From: an uncultured Acidobacteriota bacterium
Lineage (GTDB): Bacteria; Acidobacteriota; Terriglobia; Terriglobales; Acidobacteriaceae
Direction: 5' to 3'
Length of the DNA: 64,000 nt
NCBI GenBank assembly: GCA_963841655.1
Contig: CAWJDR010000003.1
Coordinates: 74,854-138,853 of the forward strand
Below, in pieces: positions 30,972 through 41,176 of this stretch. Position 1 is the stretch's first letter, and each line of letters begins with the position of its first letter. The notes under the pieces are model-generated. The model had not been told where the DNA came from, did not search any database, and worked only from the letters and a program-made list of their open reading frames with translations. Made by a program: the position numbers and the translations under genes.

Positions 30972-32471
30972 TCAAAGTGCCGCGCACACCGCTTTGACTT
31001 CGGTGTACATCTCCAGGGCGTCGTGACCCATCTCGCGTCCCCAGCCTGACTGCTTGTAACCACCAAAGGGAAGGGCAGCGTCGAAGATGTTGTAGCAATT
31101 GATCCACACTGTCCCGGCGCGCAGCTGCGAGGCCAGACGATGCGCCTTCTGAATATCCCGCGTCCAGATGCCGGCGGCCAGTCCGTAGACCGTATCATTG
31201 GCTTGTGCAACCAGATCTGACGGGTCTTTGAACGGGATCGCAGTCACCACGGGCCCGAAGATCTCTTCTTGCACGACCTTCATTTTTTCATTGGTGTTTA
31301 CCAGCACAGTCGGTTTGACAAAGTATCCTTTGTCACCCTGCCGACTGCCGCCCACTACGGCCTTCGCGCCCTCGGAGAATCCTGATTCAAGGTAATTGCA
31401 GACACGAGTCAGCTGTTCCTGCGAGACCAAGGGCCCCATGTCGGTCGAGGACTCGAGACCCGAGCCCACGCGGATCTTCTCGGCCTTCGCGGAGACTCCT
31501 TCCACCACCTTGTCGAAAATTTCCTTCTCGACATAAAGTCTCGAACCAGCGCAGCAGCACTGTCCATGATTGAAGAAGATTGCACTGGCTGAGCCTGCGA
31601 TGGCCTTGTCCAGATCGACGTCCCCGAAGACCACATTCGGCGACTTGCCACCCAGTTCCAAGGAGACTTTTTTCAGATTGCCCGCAGCGGCTTGCAGAAT
31701 CAGCTTGCCGACTTCTGTGGAACCCGTGAAGGCGACTTTGTCCACGTCGGGATGCGCAGCCAGCGCGGCCCCTGCCGTTTCCCCATATCCCGGTACTATG
31801 TTCACGACACCGTCCGGAATTCCTGCTTCTTGAATCAACTCACCGAGAAGCAAGCAGGACAGCGGCGTTTGCTCCGCTGGCTTGAGGACGACCGTGCACC
31901 CAGTCGCTAAAGCTGGTCCGAGTTTCCATGCCGCCATCAGCAAGGGGAAATTCCAGGGGATAATTTGTCCGACCACGCCGACTGGTTCGCGCAACGTGTA
32001 CGCGAGATATTTCGCGCCGGGCGTGTACGGGACCGAGATGGGGATCGTGTTCCCCTCGATCTTCGTTGACCAGCCCGCCATGTACCGGAACATGTCGACG
32101 GCGAGTGGGACATCTGCTGCGCGTGCGACCTTGAGAGGCTTTCCGTTGTCAAGCGTCTCGAGTTCGGCAAATTCTTCCAGATGCTGCTCGATCAAGTCAG
32201 CAAGTTTCCAGATGAGGCGCCCACGCTCGGAAGCCGTCAGTCTTGACCACGGGCCGACTTCAAAGGCAGTCCGGGCGGCCTTGACCGCACGATCGATGTC
32301 CTCGCGGTCGCCTTCCGCGACGCGAGCCAGCACTTCGCCGGTGGCCGGGTTGTAGGTCGGGAAAGTCTTTCCTGAAGCGGATTCGACCCATTTCCCGTTG
32401 ATGAGCATCTTGCGAGGTTTGGAAATAAAGTCCGTTACTTTATCTTCGAGCTGGATTGTGGCCGTTGCCAT
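30972..32471 (-). CDS. NAD(P)+-dependent aldehyde dehydrogenase
   Basis: 499 aa. ALDH motifs (FTGSTEVGK, ELGGKSP, catalytic GQCCCAGSR, PFGGYKQSG). Confidence 0.93.
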   Translation of the reverse strand: MATATIQLEDKVTDFISKPRKMLINGKWVESASGKTFPTYNPATGEVLARVAEGDREDIDRAVKAARTAFEVGPWSRLTASERGRLIWKLADLIEQHLEEFAELETLDNGKPLKVARAADVPLAVDMFRYMAGWSTKIEGNTIPISVPYTPGAKYLAYTLREPVGVVGQIIPWNFPLLMAAWKLGPALATGCTVVLKPAEQTPLSCLLLGELIQEAGIPDGVVNIVPGYGETAGAALAAHPDVDKVAFTGSTEVGKLILQAAAGNLKKVSLELGGKSPNVVFGDVDLDKAIAGSASAIFFNHGQCCCAGSRLYVEKEIFDKVVEGVSAKAEKIRVGSGLESSTDMGPLVSQEQLTRVCNYLESGFSEGAKAVVGGSRQGDKGYFVKPTVLVNTNEKMKVVQEEIFGPVVTAIPFKDPSDLVAQANDTVYGLAAGIWTRDIQKAHRLASQLRAGTVWINCYNIFDAALPFGGYKQSGWGREMGHDALEMYTEVKAVCAAL

Positions 32472-32775
32472 AGAGTTCCTCCTGTCGTGTTGACGTGCCT
32501 TGCCGCGGCTCTGTGTCGTTTCGGAAAGTGAGGCTGGGGAGATCGGCCCGCGACCATCGGGTCAGCGGAGAGTTCGGGCACCCCTCGATTACCATCCTGA
32601 AATAGCGATTGGCATTTTAGCTCATTTTGACGGTCCCCGGCGCGCAGTTTCCGTCCGAATTTGTTGCACTGGAATCGGTGCAACCGCTCATGCCGCGTCG
32701 ACACACTTTTTGTTCGTGATGTAGACCTCGAACCTTTAGAATCGCCCGGTTTAAGTAATCCTCCGTCTGATTGCT

Positions 32776-34212
32776 ATGAAATCACGCCTGCTGTGGTTCA
32801 CTGTCGGAGCGTTGACGCTGAGCGCTGTACTTAGCGTCCTGAGCCACTATGGAGCGCCGCTACCAGCCACCCTCCTGATGGTCGCCCGCTGGATCGCGAT
32901 TTTGCTGTTTGCCCTGTACGGTGTTTTCCGGCGATCTCTAACTACATGGATTCTGGTCGCGATGTTGACGGGCGCCGCGTTAGGTCACGACTGGCCGCCG
33001 GTTGCGGTCAATCTTCGTGTGATCAGCATGATTTTTCTGCGACTGATCAAGACCATCATTGCTCCCCTCATCTTCGCAACATTGGTCAGCGGGATCGCCG
33101 CTCATTCCGACTTGCGAAAGGTCGGGCGCATGGGCATCAAGGCCATCGTTTACTTTGAACTGGTGACGACGCTAGCACTGGTAATTGGTTTACTTGCCAT
33201 CAACATCAGCCACGCCGGCGTAGGCGCCAAGATGCCTCCCGCGATCGGGGAATCACTGCAGCCTCAGAGGTTGAGCGCGATCGACACGATCCTGCACATT
33301 TTTCCAGAAAACTTTGCCAAATCCGTCGCGGAAGGGCAGGTTCTGCAGGTCGTCGTGTTCAGCATCTTGTTTGGAATTGCGCTGGCCATGGTTCGCAAGG
33401 ATCGCCGGGAGCCGATGCTGCATTTCACAGAGAGCCTTGCCGAGACGATGTTCAAGTTCACCAACCTCGTCATGTACTTCGCCCCGTTCGGTGTGGGCGC
33501 CGCCATCGCGTATACGGTAGGCAGCACAGGAATGGGAATCCTGCTTAACCTCGCGAGGTTGCTAGTTACTCTCTACGTCGCGCTGCTTGTATTTATCTTC
33601 GGAGTACTGTTGCCAGTTGCCCTGCTGGTCCGTGTGCCCTTGAAGAAATTTATCGCGGCTGTCGCGGAGCCTGTTTCCATTGCGTTTGGAACGGCGAGCT
33701 CTGAAGCCGCTCTACCGAGAGCGATGGAGGCCATCGAGGGGATCGGTGTACCCCGCGAGATCGTGGCTTTCGTCATGCCGACGGGCTATAGCTTTAACCT
33801 CGACGGCAGCACGCTGTACCTGTCCCTCGCTTCAATTTTCGTTGCGCAGGCGGCCGGGATCCATCTCAGCGTGGGACAGCAACTGCTCATGATGCTTACT
33901 CTGATGCTGACCAGCAAAGGAGTAGCGGGTGTGTCGCGCGCCGCAATCGTGATCCTTCTGGGAACGGTGGGGTCTTTTGGCTTGCCAGTCGAGCCCGTGT
34001 TCATCCTTCTGGGAATTGATCAACTCATGGACATGGGAAGAACGGCGGTCAACGTTCTGGGTAACTGCTTGGCAACCGTTGTTGTGGCTCGCTGGGAAGG
34101 GGATTTTGATGAAAAGAGTGCGCTGACGATTCGCGTGGCAACGGCCGCCGGGTGCCTCACCTTCCGAGTGAATCATTCAATCTTAGAGTGTCATTGTGAA
34201 AAGCCCTCATGA
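32776..34212 (+). CDS. dicarboxylate/amino acid:cation symporter (DAACS, GltP/DctA family)
   Basis: 478 aa. Polytopic, with DAACS signatures (IIAPLIFATLVSGIA, AFGTASSEAALP, MPTGYSFNLDGS, LDMGRTAVNVLGN). The C-terminal tail overlaps the gluQ start. Confidence 0.88.
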   Translation: MKSRLLWFTVGALTLSAVLSVLSHYGAPLPATLLMVARWIAILLFALYGVFRRSLTTWILVAMLTGAALGHDWPPVAVNLRVISMIFLRLIKTIIAPLIFATLVSGIAAHSDLRKVGRMGIKAIVYFELVTTLALVIGLLAINISHAGVGAKMPPAIGESLQPQRLSAIDTILHIFPENFAKSVAEGQVLQVVVFSILFGIALAMVRKDRREPMLHFTESLAETMFKFTNLVMYFAPFGVGAAIAYTVGSTGMGILLNLARLLVTLYVALLVFIFGVLLPVALLVRVPLKKFIAAVAEPVSIAFGTASSEAALPRAMEAIEGIGVPREIVAFVMPTGYSFNLDGSTLYLSLASIFVAQAAGIHLSVGQQLLMMLTLMLTSKGVAGVSRAAIVILLGTVGSFGLPVEPVFILLGIDQLMDMGRTAVNVLGNCLATVVVARWEGDFDEKSALTIRVATAAGCLTFRVNHSILECHCEKPS

Positions 34213-35057
34213 AGGCCACTATCGCGGTCGTTTAGCTCCATCGCCCACGGGTCTGCTGCACGTTGGACATGCCCGTACATTCTGGATCGCTGCGCAACGT
34301 GCTCGAGACCATGCAGGAACCCTCATTCTGCGAAATGAAGATCTTGATCCTCAGCGGTGCCGCGACTGAATTCGTCGATGCCATGTTTGAAGATTTGCAT
34401 TGGCTGGGTATCGAGTGGACCGAGGGCCCGGATCGTGGTGGGCCGTATGCGCCATACTCGCAGAGCGAACGTCGATCGCAATATCTCCAGGCATGGCGGA
34501 AACTTCGGGATGAAGGCTGGATTTATCCGTGCAGTTGCTCGCGGAAGGATTTGGCGCTCGCGGCCATTGCTCCGAATGACGTCGACGATGAGCCTATCTA
34601 TCCGGGAAGGTGCCGGGCGCGTACCGATGCAAAACACTTTGATACTCCAGCAGGCGTGAACTGGCGATTTCGAGTTCCCGATGAAGAGACAATTACCTTC
34701 GACGACGTCCACTTGGGATCTCAGAGATTCATCGCAGGAAGGGATTTTGGAGACTTCGTCGTATGGCGGCGAGATGACGTCCCTGCATATCAGCTGGCGG
34801 TCGTCGTTGATGATGCTCAGATGAGGATCACGGAAGTGGTTCGGGGATCTGATCTGCTCAAATCCACGGCGCGACAAATACTAATATTTCGAGCTCTTGG
34901 GTTTCCTGTTCCCGCCTACTACCACTGCGATCTCGTGCGCGATGAAAGTGGACAGCGCATGGCGAAGCGGCACGATGACGCCAGCATTCGACGGCTTCGC
35001 GAGAGCGGCGCGACGCCCCAGCAGGTGTTGCAGAACGCAGAAACGTTTGTGAAATAG
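34196..35057 (+). pseudogene. gluQ: tRNA glutamyl-Q(34) synthetase; one frameshift as assembled
   Basis: From GTG 34196 the reading is VKSPHEGHYRGRLAPSPTGLLHVGHARTFW...LRNEDLDPQRCR, which includes the class I HIGH-type motif. It then stops. The rest (..EFVDAMFEDLHWLGIEWTEGPD.., YQLAVVVDD, MAKRHDD) is ORF 34263..35057. The shift is at about 34345-34365. Confidence 0.85.
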
Positions 35058-35091
35058 ACAGCACAGGCCACGCGTCACATACAAAAGCAAA

Positions 35092-35115
35092 GGCGCTCCG
35101 GTTCAGCGGAGCGCC
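35092..35115 (-). terminator. rho-independent terminator downstream of the HpcH-family aldolase gene
   Basis: 9-bp stem GGCGCTCCG / CGGAGCGCC with a 6-nt loop. On the minus strand it is followed by TTTGCTTTTGT. Confidence 0.6.
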
Positions 35116-35138
35116 AGCGTGTGTCGAAACGGGCGCTT

Positions 35139-36011
35139 CTAGAGAAGCGCCGTTGGTCGGCGAGTCCAGTCCTTGCCCTTCTCCTTGGCGATTCCTTCCA
35201 TGTCTTTCACGTACGCACCAGCTTGCGTCAACACGTGGTGCAAGTCGTTACCAATACTGATGAACGTGAAGCCTTTCTCCAGAAATTCACCCACACGCGC
35301 CGTACCGAAGAGAAAGAGTCCCAGGATGACATTGTTCTTACGGGCGTTCTCGATCAGTTTCTGGGTGGCCGCTCCCAGTTCCGGAGACGTGTACATGTGC
35401 GGAAACTCGTACTTCTCATACAGCCCCATCGACATGCACAGATCGTTCTGACCCAGGAACAGAATATCCACGCCTGGGACGGCCGCGATCTCAGCCATGT
35501 TGTCGATGCAGGATGCCGTTTCTACCTGAAGGGCCACGATGCCGTTATTGTTGTAGTTTCCGGCGTATCCGAGCAAGCCGGCCTTGTTCATGCTGCGCTG
35601 CGGAAAATATACCGAGCGGGTTCCGGTGCGAGGATACTTCGTGCAACTCACCGCCTGGCGCGCTTCTTCGGCAGTATTGATGTAAGGAACTAGAACTCCG
35701 TCTGCACCAAGATCCAGCGCCTGCTGAATGCCCGGGCGATCATCGTAGCCGCCCACGCGCACCATGGACTTGGCTCCGCCGTTGGCAATTGCTGTGAGCA
35801 TGGCTGAGAGCTTCTCGTAGCCCATCGGCCCATGCTGGGTGTCGACCAGCAACCAGTCGTAGCCGCTGTGCGCCAGTTGCTCGGCAACCGTCGGGCTGTG
35901 CGCGTTCAGGAACAAGCCCATCTTTGGCTTGCCTTCGCGCAACTGTTTCTTGAATTCGGCGCCACTGAGCGTGGCTTCGGACATAGCAGAATCCTCCTGA
36001 GTGGTTGTCAA
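35139..36011 (-). CDS. HpcH/HpaI-family 2-keto-3-deoxy-acid aldolase
   Basis: 290 aa. TIM-barrel aldolase signature (WLLVDTQHGP, VRVGGYDDRPGIQQALDLGADGVLVP, ILFLGQNDL). Confidence 0.8.
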   Translation of the reverse strand: MTTTQEDSAMSEATLSGAEFKKQLREGKPKMGLFLNAHSPTVAEQLAHSGYDWLLVDTQHGPMGYEKLSAMLTAIANGGAKSMVRVGGYDDRPGIQQALDLGADGVLVPYINTAEEARQAVSCTKYPRTGTRSVYFPQRSMNKAGLLGYAGNYNNNGIVALQVETASCIDNMAEIAAVPGVDILFLGQNDLCMSMGLYEKYEFPHMYTSPELGAATQKLIENARKNNVILGLFLFGTARVGEFLEKGFTFISIGNDLHHVLTQAGAYVKDMEGIAKEKGKDWTRRPTALL

Positions 36012-36090
36012 AGTTGTCTAGTGTACCGCAGGAGTTCCGCTTGAAAAGTTGCAGGTCGCGTTAATTTCGTGTCAACAGTGTGTCCCGAAG

Positions 36091-36315
36091 TCATGCCATG
36101 TCGACTTCATTGTGTCCCAACAGTTCTGAGGCGCGGCAGAGGTGCTTCGTCGGGAAGGCTCCGCCCAGCGGCCAGATCGATCTACGCTCTTCCCAAAGAT
36201 CAAGCCCTTCATCTATCTCATTGATAAAGAGCCGGTTGAATTGGTTCGTAGCGAGTCGCTGCTGGTCTCGAAGGGCGGCCCGACTAGTGCTTGATCCACC
36301 GTGATACAGCGGCAT
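36091..36315 (-). CDS. hypothetical small protein (74 aa)
   Basis: Internal ATG of track ORF 36091..36480, preceded by AGGAGA 7 nt upstream. Sequence MPLYHGGSSTSRAALRDQQRLATNQFNRLFINEIDEGLDLWEERRS... No family recognised. Divergent from the Zn-peptidase gene. Confidence 0.3.
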   Translation of the reverse strand: MPLYHGGSSTSRAALRDQQRLATNQFNRLFINEIDEGLDLWEERRSIWPLGGAFPTKHLCRASELLGHNEVDMA

Positions 36316-36406
36316 TGTTCGGTCTCCTCTTATACTGTGGTTCCTGTGGGCCGCTGCTCTGACCGCAGAGTGCATTACAGCAAGAAGTCTTTTTCTGTCG
36401 AATCCC

Positions 36407-37421
36407 ATGCAGACCATCGAACAATCTCGCGCGAACTTGCAGGAGATTCTTGGCAAGTCCATTCGTGATCTCGGACTCAAATTGGAAGGTTCTCCGGTCG
36501 AGCGCTTCGTTCATCAGTTGTACGAGGAATTGGGCCGCAAGGGTCTCAGCAAGTTTCGGCCGGCTTGCTATCTCACCGACGAGTGGGGATGTCCGTCGGG
36601 AGAGCCCATCATCGGAATCCCGTTTTACCTGGCGAATCCTGATCTCGCCTCCCTTGAAAAAGAAATGAACGATCTCGAGGACAAGCGCGAGATCATGATG
36701 TACTTGCGCCACGAAGCCGGGCACGCGTTCAACTACGCGTACAAGCTTCATCGAACGCCCGAATGGAAAACGCTCTTCGGTCCTTTTCGTCGGCGTTATC
36801 TCGACAACTACCGGCCGGTTCCATTCTCAAGAAATTATGTGCGTCATCTGGCGGGCTGGTACGCGCAGAAACATCCGGACGAGGATTTCGCGGAAACCTT
36901 TGCGGTGTGGCTCACTCCGCGCTCTGGATGGCGCAAGCGCTACCAGGGCTGGGGCGCGATGGCGAAACTCCGCTACATGGATCGCATTGCGCGTGAACTG
37001 GGTCAATGCCGATCCTGTGCGCCGCCGCGGCTATCCCGATGTTACGGTCGACGAGATGGAATCGACGGTGGCGGAGTTCTATCACCAGTCGATCGCCGAA
37101 GAGATCCCAGTTGTGGACTTGGCGCTGGACACCGATCTGTTAGATATTTTCAATGTATCGAAAAGGCGGAAGAAGACTGTCCGGCCAGCTCAGGAATTTC
37201 TGCACGAGCATCGCAAGGCATTGGTCGACAAAGTTGCGTACTGGACCGGAGTTCAGCGTCCGCTCATCAAGAAGCTGATTGAAGTGATCGAGAAGCGGAT
37301 CGGCGAGCTTGGTCTGCGCGCGGACACGAGAAGGGAGGCGGAGCATCTGGCGGAACTCACCGTCTACGCAACGACTCTGGCGACCAATTACATGACTCGC
37401 GGAAAATTTGTGCAGCCGTAG
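36407..37421 (+). pseudogene. putative zinc metallopeptidase (HExxH); one frameshift as assembled
   Basis: ORF 36407..37282 contains MMYLRHEAGHAFNY (HExxH at about 36710-36724) and DEDFAETFAVW. The text continues ..RIARELG / NADPVRRRGYPDVTVDEME.. into ORF 36837..37421. The shift is at about 36998-37005. Confidence 0.6.
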
Positions 37422-37481
37422 TGGCTCGTTAGAAAGCGATATGATGAAAGTTACACATCCAATCGCAGGGTCAATTCTGCA

Positions 37482-38530
37482 ATGAAAATTGCTGTTCTTT
37501 ATGACGTGTGGGAGGAAGAGGGTGCGGCTCCTGAGCCGCCGCCCGAGCCGAAGCCCCCCGCGCGTAAGAAAAAATCACGAAAGAAAGCCAAGCGCGAGAA
37601 GGAAGACCGCGAAGAGATTTTCGAAGCTCTCGAAAAACTTGGCCATGAGCCGTCCTATCAAGTACTGGATGGCACTCCGCAGTGTCTGTCCTCGCTGGCC
37701 AAGTGCGAAGCGGATCTCATTTTCAATCTCACCGAATCCTTTGCCGGCGACGACACGAAGGAAATGCACGTCGCGGCTTATCTCGACCTTCTGGGCAAGC
37801 CCTACACCGGTGCTGGACCGCATGCGAGTTTTCTTGCCCAGGACAAGGCCATCGCAAAAAAGATGTTCGCTTTTCACGGCATCCGCACGCCTTACTTTGC
37901 AACTTCCTACCGCGGCAGCATCGAGCACGCGCATGACATCGCCTTTCCTTTGATCGTCAAACCATTGTCGGAAGATGGCTCCATTGGAATCAACGCGGAT
38001 GCGGTCGTGACCAGCGTCAAGGAACTGATGGAGCGTGTGCAGGACATTCAGAACGAATTCGATTCACCGGCAATTATCGAGGAATACATCGAAGGAAGGG
38101 AGATCTACGCGGCCATTCTTGGCAACTATGAGTCTGCCCAAGCCCTGCCTCTCGTGGAACTCGATTTCTCGAAGCTCCCCAAGGGCACACCCAAGATCGC
38201 CAGTTACGACGTGAAGTTTGAGAAGGATGCCGATGCCTACAAGCTGACCAAGTCGGCCGATGGCTGAAGATCTCGACGAGGAGACGGTCACGCGCCTGAC
38301 AGACACCGCGCTTGCGGCTCACCGTGCAGTGAAATTACGCGACTACGGCCGCATCGATATGCGTCTATCCCCCAAAGGGCGATGTCTACGTGATTGAGGC
38401 GAATCCGAACCCGTGGCTGTCGAGCAAGCAGGAATTTGTGATGGCGGCAAAGGCCTCGGGCCGCTCTTATACGCAGTTGATTGGGGAGATCGTCGACTTG
38501 GCCATGGCCAGGTACCGTCCGCGCAATTAG
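37482..38530 (+). pseudogene. ATP-grasp enzyme of the D-alanine--D-alanine ligase family; two frameshifts as assembled
   Basis: ORF 37482..38267 has MKIAVLYDV.., a K/E-rich insert, and FPLIVKPLSEDGSIGI and IEEYIEGREI. Continuation AEDLDEETVTRLTDTALAAHRAVKLRDYGRIDMRLSPKG and then DVYVIEANPNPWLS...ARYRPRN lie in two other frames. The shifts are at about 38250-38262 and GGG 38377-79. The stop is TAG 38528-30. Confidence 0.8.
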
Positions 38531-38548
38531 CACTGCGAGTCGCGCAAC

Positions 38549-39240
38549 TCAGGCCGGACTCGCGTTCAGCTTCATGCGACCCGAATAAATCGCCATTCCT
38601 ACCACTGCATCCACGTCGGAGTTCATGCAGTTGGTCCACTTCTTCCTGGCTGGCAATGCCTCCGGCGACGATTAGCTGTCGCGAGGTGATTCCTCGCAAG
38701 GTCTCTTACGACATCCAGTGGAATTCCTTTCAGAAGGCCTTCTGTATCAATGTGGGTATAAAGGAAGGCGCTGCAGTACTGTTCCAGTGCCTGCACCATC
38801 GCGGCGGGAGTGATCGTAGTCATGGTGCGCCATCCCTTGATCGCGACCAGGCCGTTCTTCGAGTCGACCGCAAATGTCAGACGGTCGGCACCGAATTCTC
38901 CCGCGAACTGCTGAGCGGCGTCTACGTCGAGCCTATCGTTTCGAACCAATATTGATCCCAGAATGATCCGCCGGGCTCCCATCCGCAGAATTTCCTGCGC
39001 GCTCTCGATCGTTCGAATTCCGCCGCCCACCTGGCAGGGAAGGCGGCTAGTGAATTGCCGTAGCAGCGCACGGTTGTCACCGCTTCCGATGGCCGCATCG
39101 AGGTCAATCAGTTGCACCAGGGGATACTTGGAAAAACGGAGGATCCATTCTTCGAAATCGTCGAACTCCAGCGCCTTCTTCTCACCTTGCACCAGTTGGA
39201 CGATCTTTCCGCCCATGAGGTCGATCGAGGGGATCAGCAT
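38549..39240 (-). pseudogene. hisA: ProFAR isomerase (HisA); two frameshifts as assembled
   Basis: [20 protein letters not shown].., QVGGGIRT in ORF 38623..39435. RGITSRQLIVAGGIASQEEVDQLHEL in ORF 38343..38699. The tail DVDAVVGMAIYSGRMKLNASPA lies in a third frame and ends at TGA 38549-51. The shifts are at about 38690-38700 and 38617-38620. The ATG overlaps the hisF stop. Confidence 0.85.
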
Positions 39241-39998
39241 GGCCACCTCACCGGAATACCCGCCGCCGCAAGTTCTTGCTTGAGTTTGGCGAGTTCGGTC
39301 ACGCCATAGTGCAGGATTGAGGCTGCTAGAGCGGCGTCGGCGTGCCCTTCCTGAAAGACCTCGACAAAGTGTCTTGCCGATCCCGCTCCGCCCGATGCGA
39401 TCACCGGGATCCGAACGACATCGGAGATCGCGCATGTGAGCTCGCAGTCGAAACCCTTGCCCGTGCCGTCACGGTCCATGGAAGTAAGAAGAATCTCGCC
39501 CGCGCCTCTGGACTCTGCCTCGCGCGCCCAGGCAACGGCATCTCGTCCGGTGGGCGTTCTGCCGCCTCGAGCGAACGCTTCATAGGACCCGCCGTTGCTC
39601 TGCTTCGCGTCGATGGCCACAATCACTGCTTGCGAACCGAATCGCTCGGCAATGCAGGTGATCACGCCGGGGTCCGACAAGGCCGCGGAATTGATGCTTA
39701 CCTTGTCGGCGCCGGCATCGAACACCGCCGAGGCATCGTCCAATGTGCGCACACCACCGCCCACAGTGAACGGGATGAATAGCTCTCGCGCTGTTCGCCG
39801 CACCGTGTCGAGCAGAGTCTTCCGCTTTTCAGCGGTGGCCGAAATGTCCAGTAGCACGATCTCATCTGCTCCGGCCTTGCTGTGGGCAAATGCAAGTTCT
39901 GCTGGATCCCCGGCATCTCGCAGGTTCAGGAACTGCACACCCTTCACGACACGACCGCCGTCCACGTCCAGGCAAGCGATGATCCGTTTCGTCAGCAT
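39234..39998 (-). CDS. hisF: imidazole glycerol phosphate synthase, cyclase subunit
   Basis: 254 aa. [47 protein letters not shown]. Confidence 0.95.
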   Translation of the reverse strand: MLTKRIIACLDVDGGRVVKGVQFLNLRDAGDPAELAFAHSKAGADEIVLLDISATAEKRKTLLDTVRRTARELFIPFTVGGGVRTLDDASAVFDAGADKVSINSAALSDPGVITCIAERFGSQAVIVAIDAKQSNGGSYEAFARGGRTPTGRDAVAWAREAESRGAGEILLTSMDRDGTGKGFDCELTCAISDVVRIPVIASGGAGSARHFVEVFQEGHADAALAASILHYGVTELAKLKQELAAAGIPVRWPC

Positions 39999-40592
39999 TT
40001 CAGCTCGCAGAAGTTCCGGAGTAGTTTCATGCCGATCGGACCGGATTTTTCCGGATGGAACTGGACTCCGAAAAGACGATCGCGCTCAACGACGGCCGAA
40101 AACACTCCCACCGTACTCGCAGGTCGCCACTGTTTCCTGGACAGGAGGAACGCGATAAGAATGCGTAAAGTAAACGAAGGTTTCGCTGGGAAGGTCGCGC
40201 AGCAGTCGGGATTTGCCCGCAAGCTGAAGCTGATTCCAGCCCACGTGCGGCGATTTTACGTCCGCAGGGAAGTGGACGCACTCACCAGGAAAAACGCCCA
40301 AGCCTGCGACGTCGGGCGCTTCGGTGCTGGAAGCAAACATCCATTGCATGCCAAGGCAGATCCCTAGAAATGGTATTTCCCGACTGATCGCCGTCTCGAT
40401 TGCGTCCTTCAGTCCATTGTGGTCAGAGCTTCTCGTGGCAGCGAAGTGACCGACCCCTGGCACAATCACCTTCTCAGCTCGTGCCACCTCTCCAGCGTCA
40501 GCGGTGACGATGGAATCCTGGCCGAGCCAATCCAATGCCTTCTTCACGGAAGTCAGATTCCCCGCCCCGTAGTCCACGATCGCGATCGTCAC
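39992..40592 (-). pseudogene. hisH: imidazole glycerol phosphate synthase, glutamine amidotransferase subunit; one frameshift as assembled
   Basis: ORF 40086..40592 (MTIAIVDYGAGNLTSV, GICLGMQ) runs on as ..EYGGSVF / [19 protein letters not shown].. into ORF 39992..40222. The shift is at about 40095-40102, next to an A/T run. Confidence 0.88.
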
Positions 40593-41176
40593 AGGACCCC
40601 CTTCGTGCTAGGGATAAAGCGAGCCATACGGCGATCGCGCCAGCAGGCCGCTCGCACGGCGCGCGCAAAGGCCTTGAAGAGCGATTCGATCTTGTGATGA
40701 TTGGAGCGGCCGTACAAGACTCGCGTATGCACGTTAGCTCGCGCGCCGCGCGCGAATCCTTCAAAGAAGTCGTGGACGAGTTCTGCCTGCAGATCCCCGA
40801 CCAGTCTTACGCGCACCTTGGTATCCACCACGATTGAAGTCCTGCCGCAGAAGTCCACGGCGGCAAGACCCAAGGTTTCATCCATGGGCATCAGAGAAAT
40901 AACCGGCGCGCAGGATTCCCTTCTTGTTACCCAACGCTTTGTCAAACGCCTGACCAAGCACGATGCCCACATCTTCGACGGTGTGGTGTTGGTCGACTTC
41001 AAGGTCACCACGAGCCTTGAGGTCCAGATCGAATCCTCCGTGATGAGCAAACAGTTCGAGCATGTGGTCGAAGAAATTGATTCCAGTCGAGATCTTGTAC
41101 TGTCCATGACCGTCGATGTTCAGGACCGCCGGATATCGGTCTCCTTGGTGGGCCGATGAATGCGTGCCTTCCTCAT
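40589..41176 (-). pseudogene. hisB: imidazoleglycerol-phosphate dehydratase; two compensating frameshifts as assembled
   Basis: ATG 41176 gives [15 protein letters not shown]. Then [53 protein letters not shown] (ORF 40878..41384). Then [17 protein letters not shown]...[17 protein letters not shown] (ORF 40589..41107). The shifts are at about 41127-41133 and 40890-40897. Confidence 0.88.
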
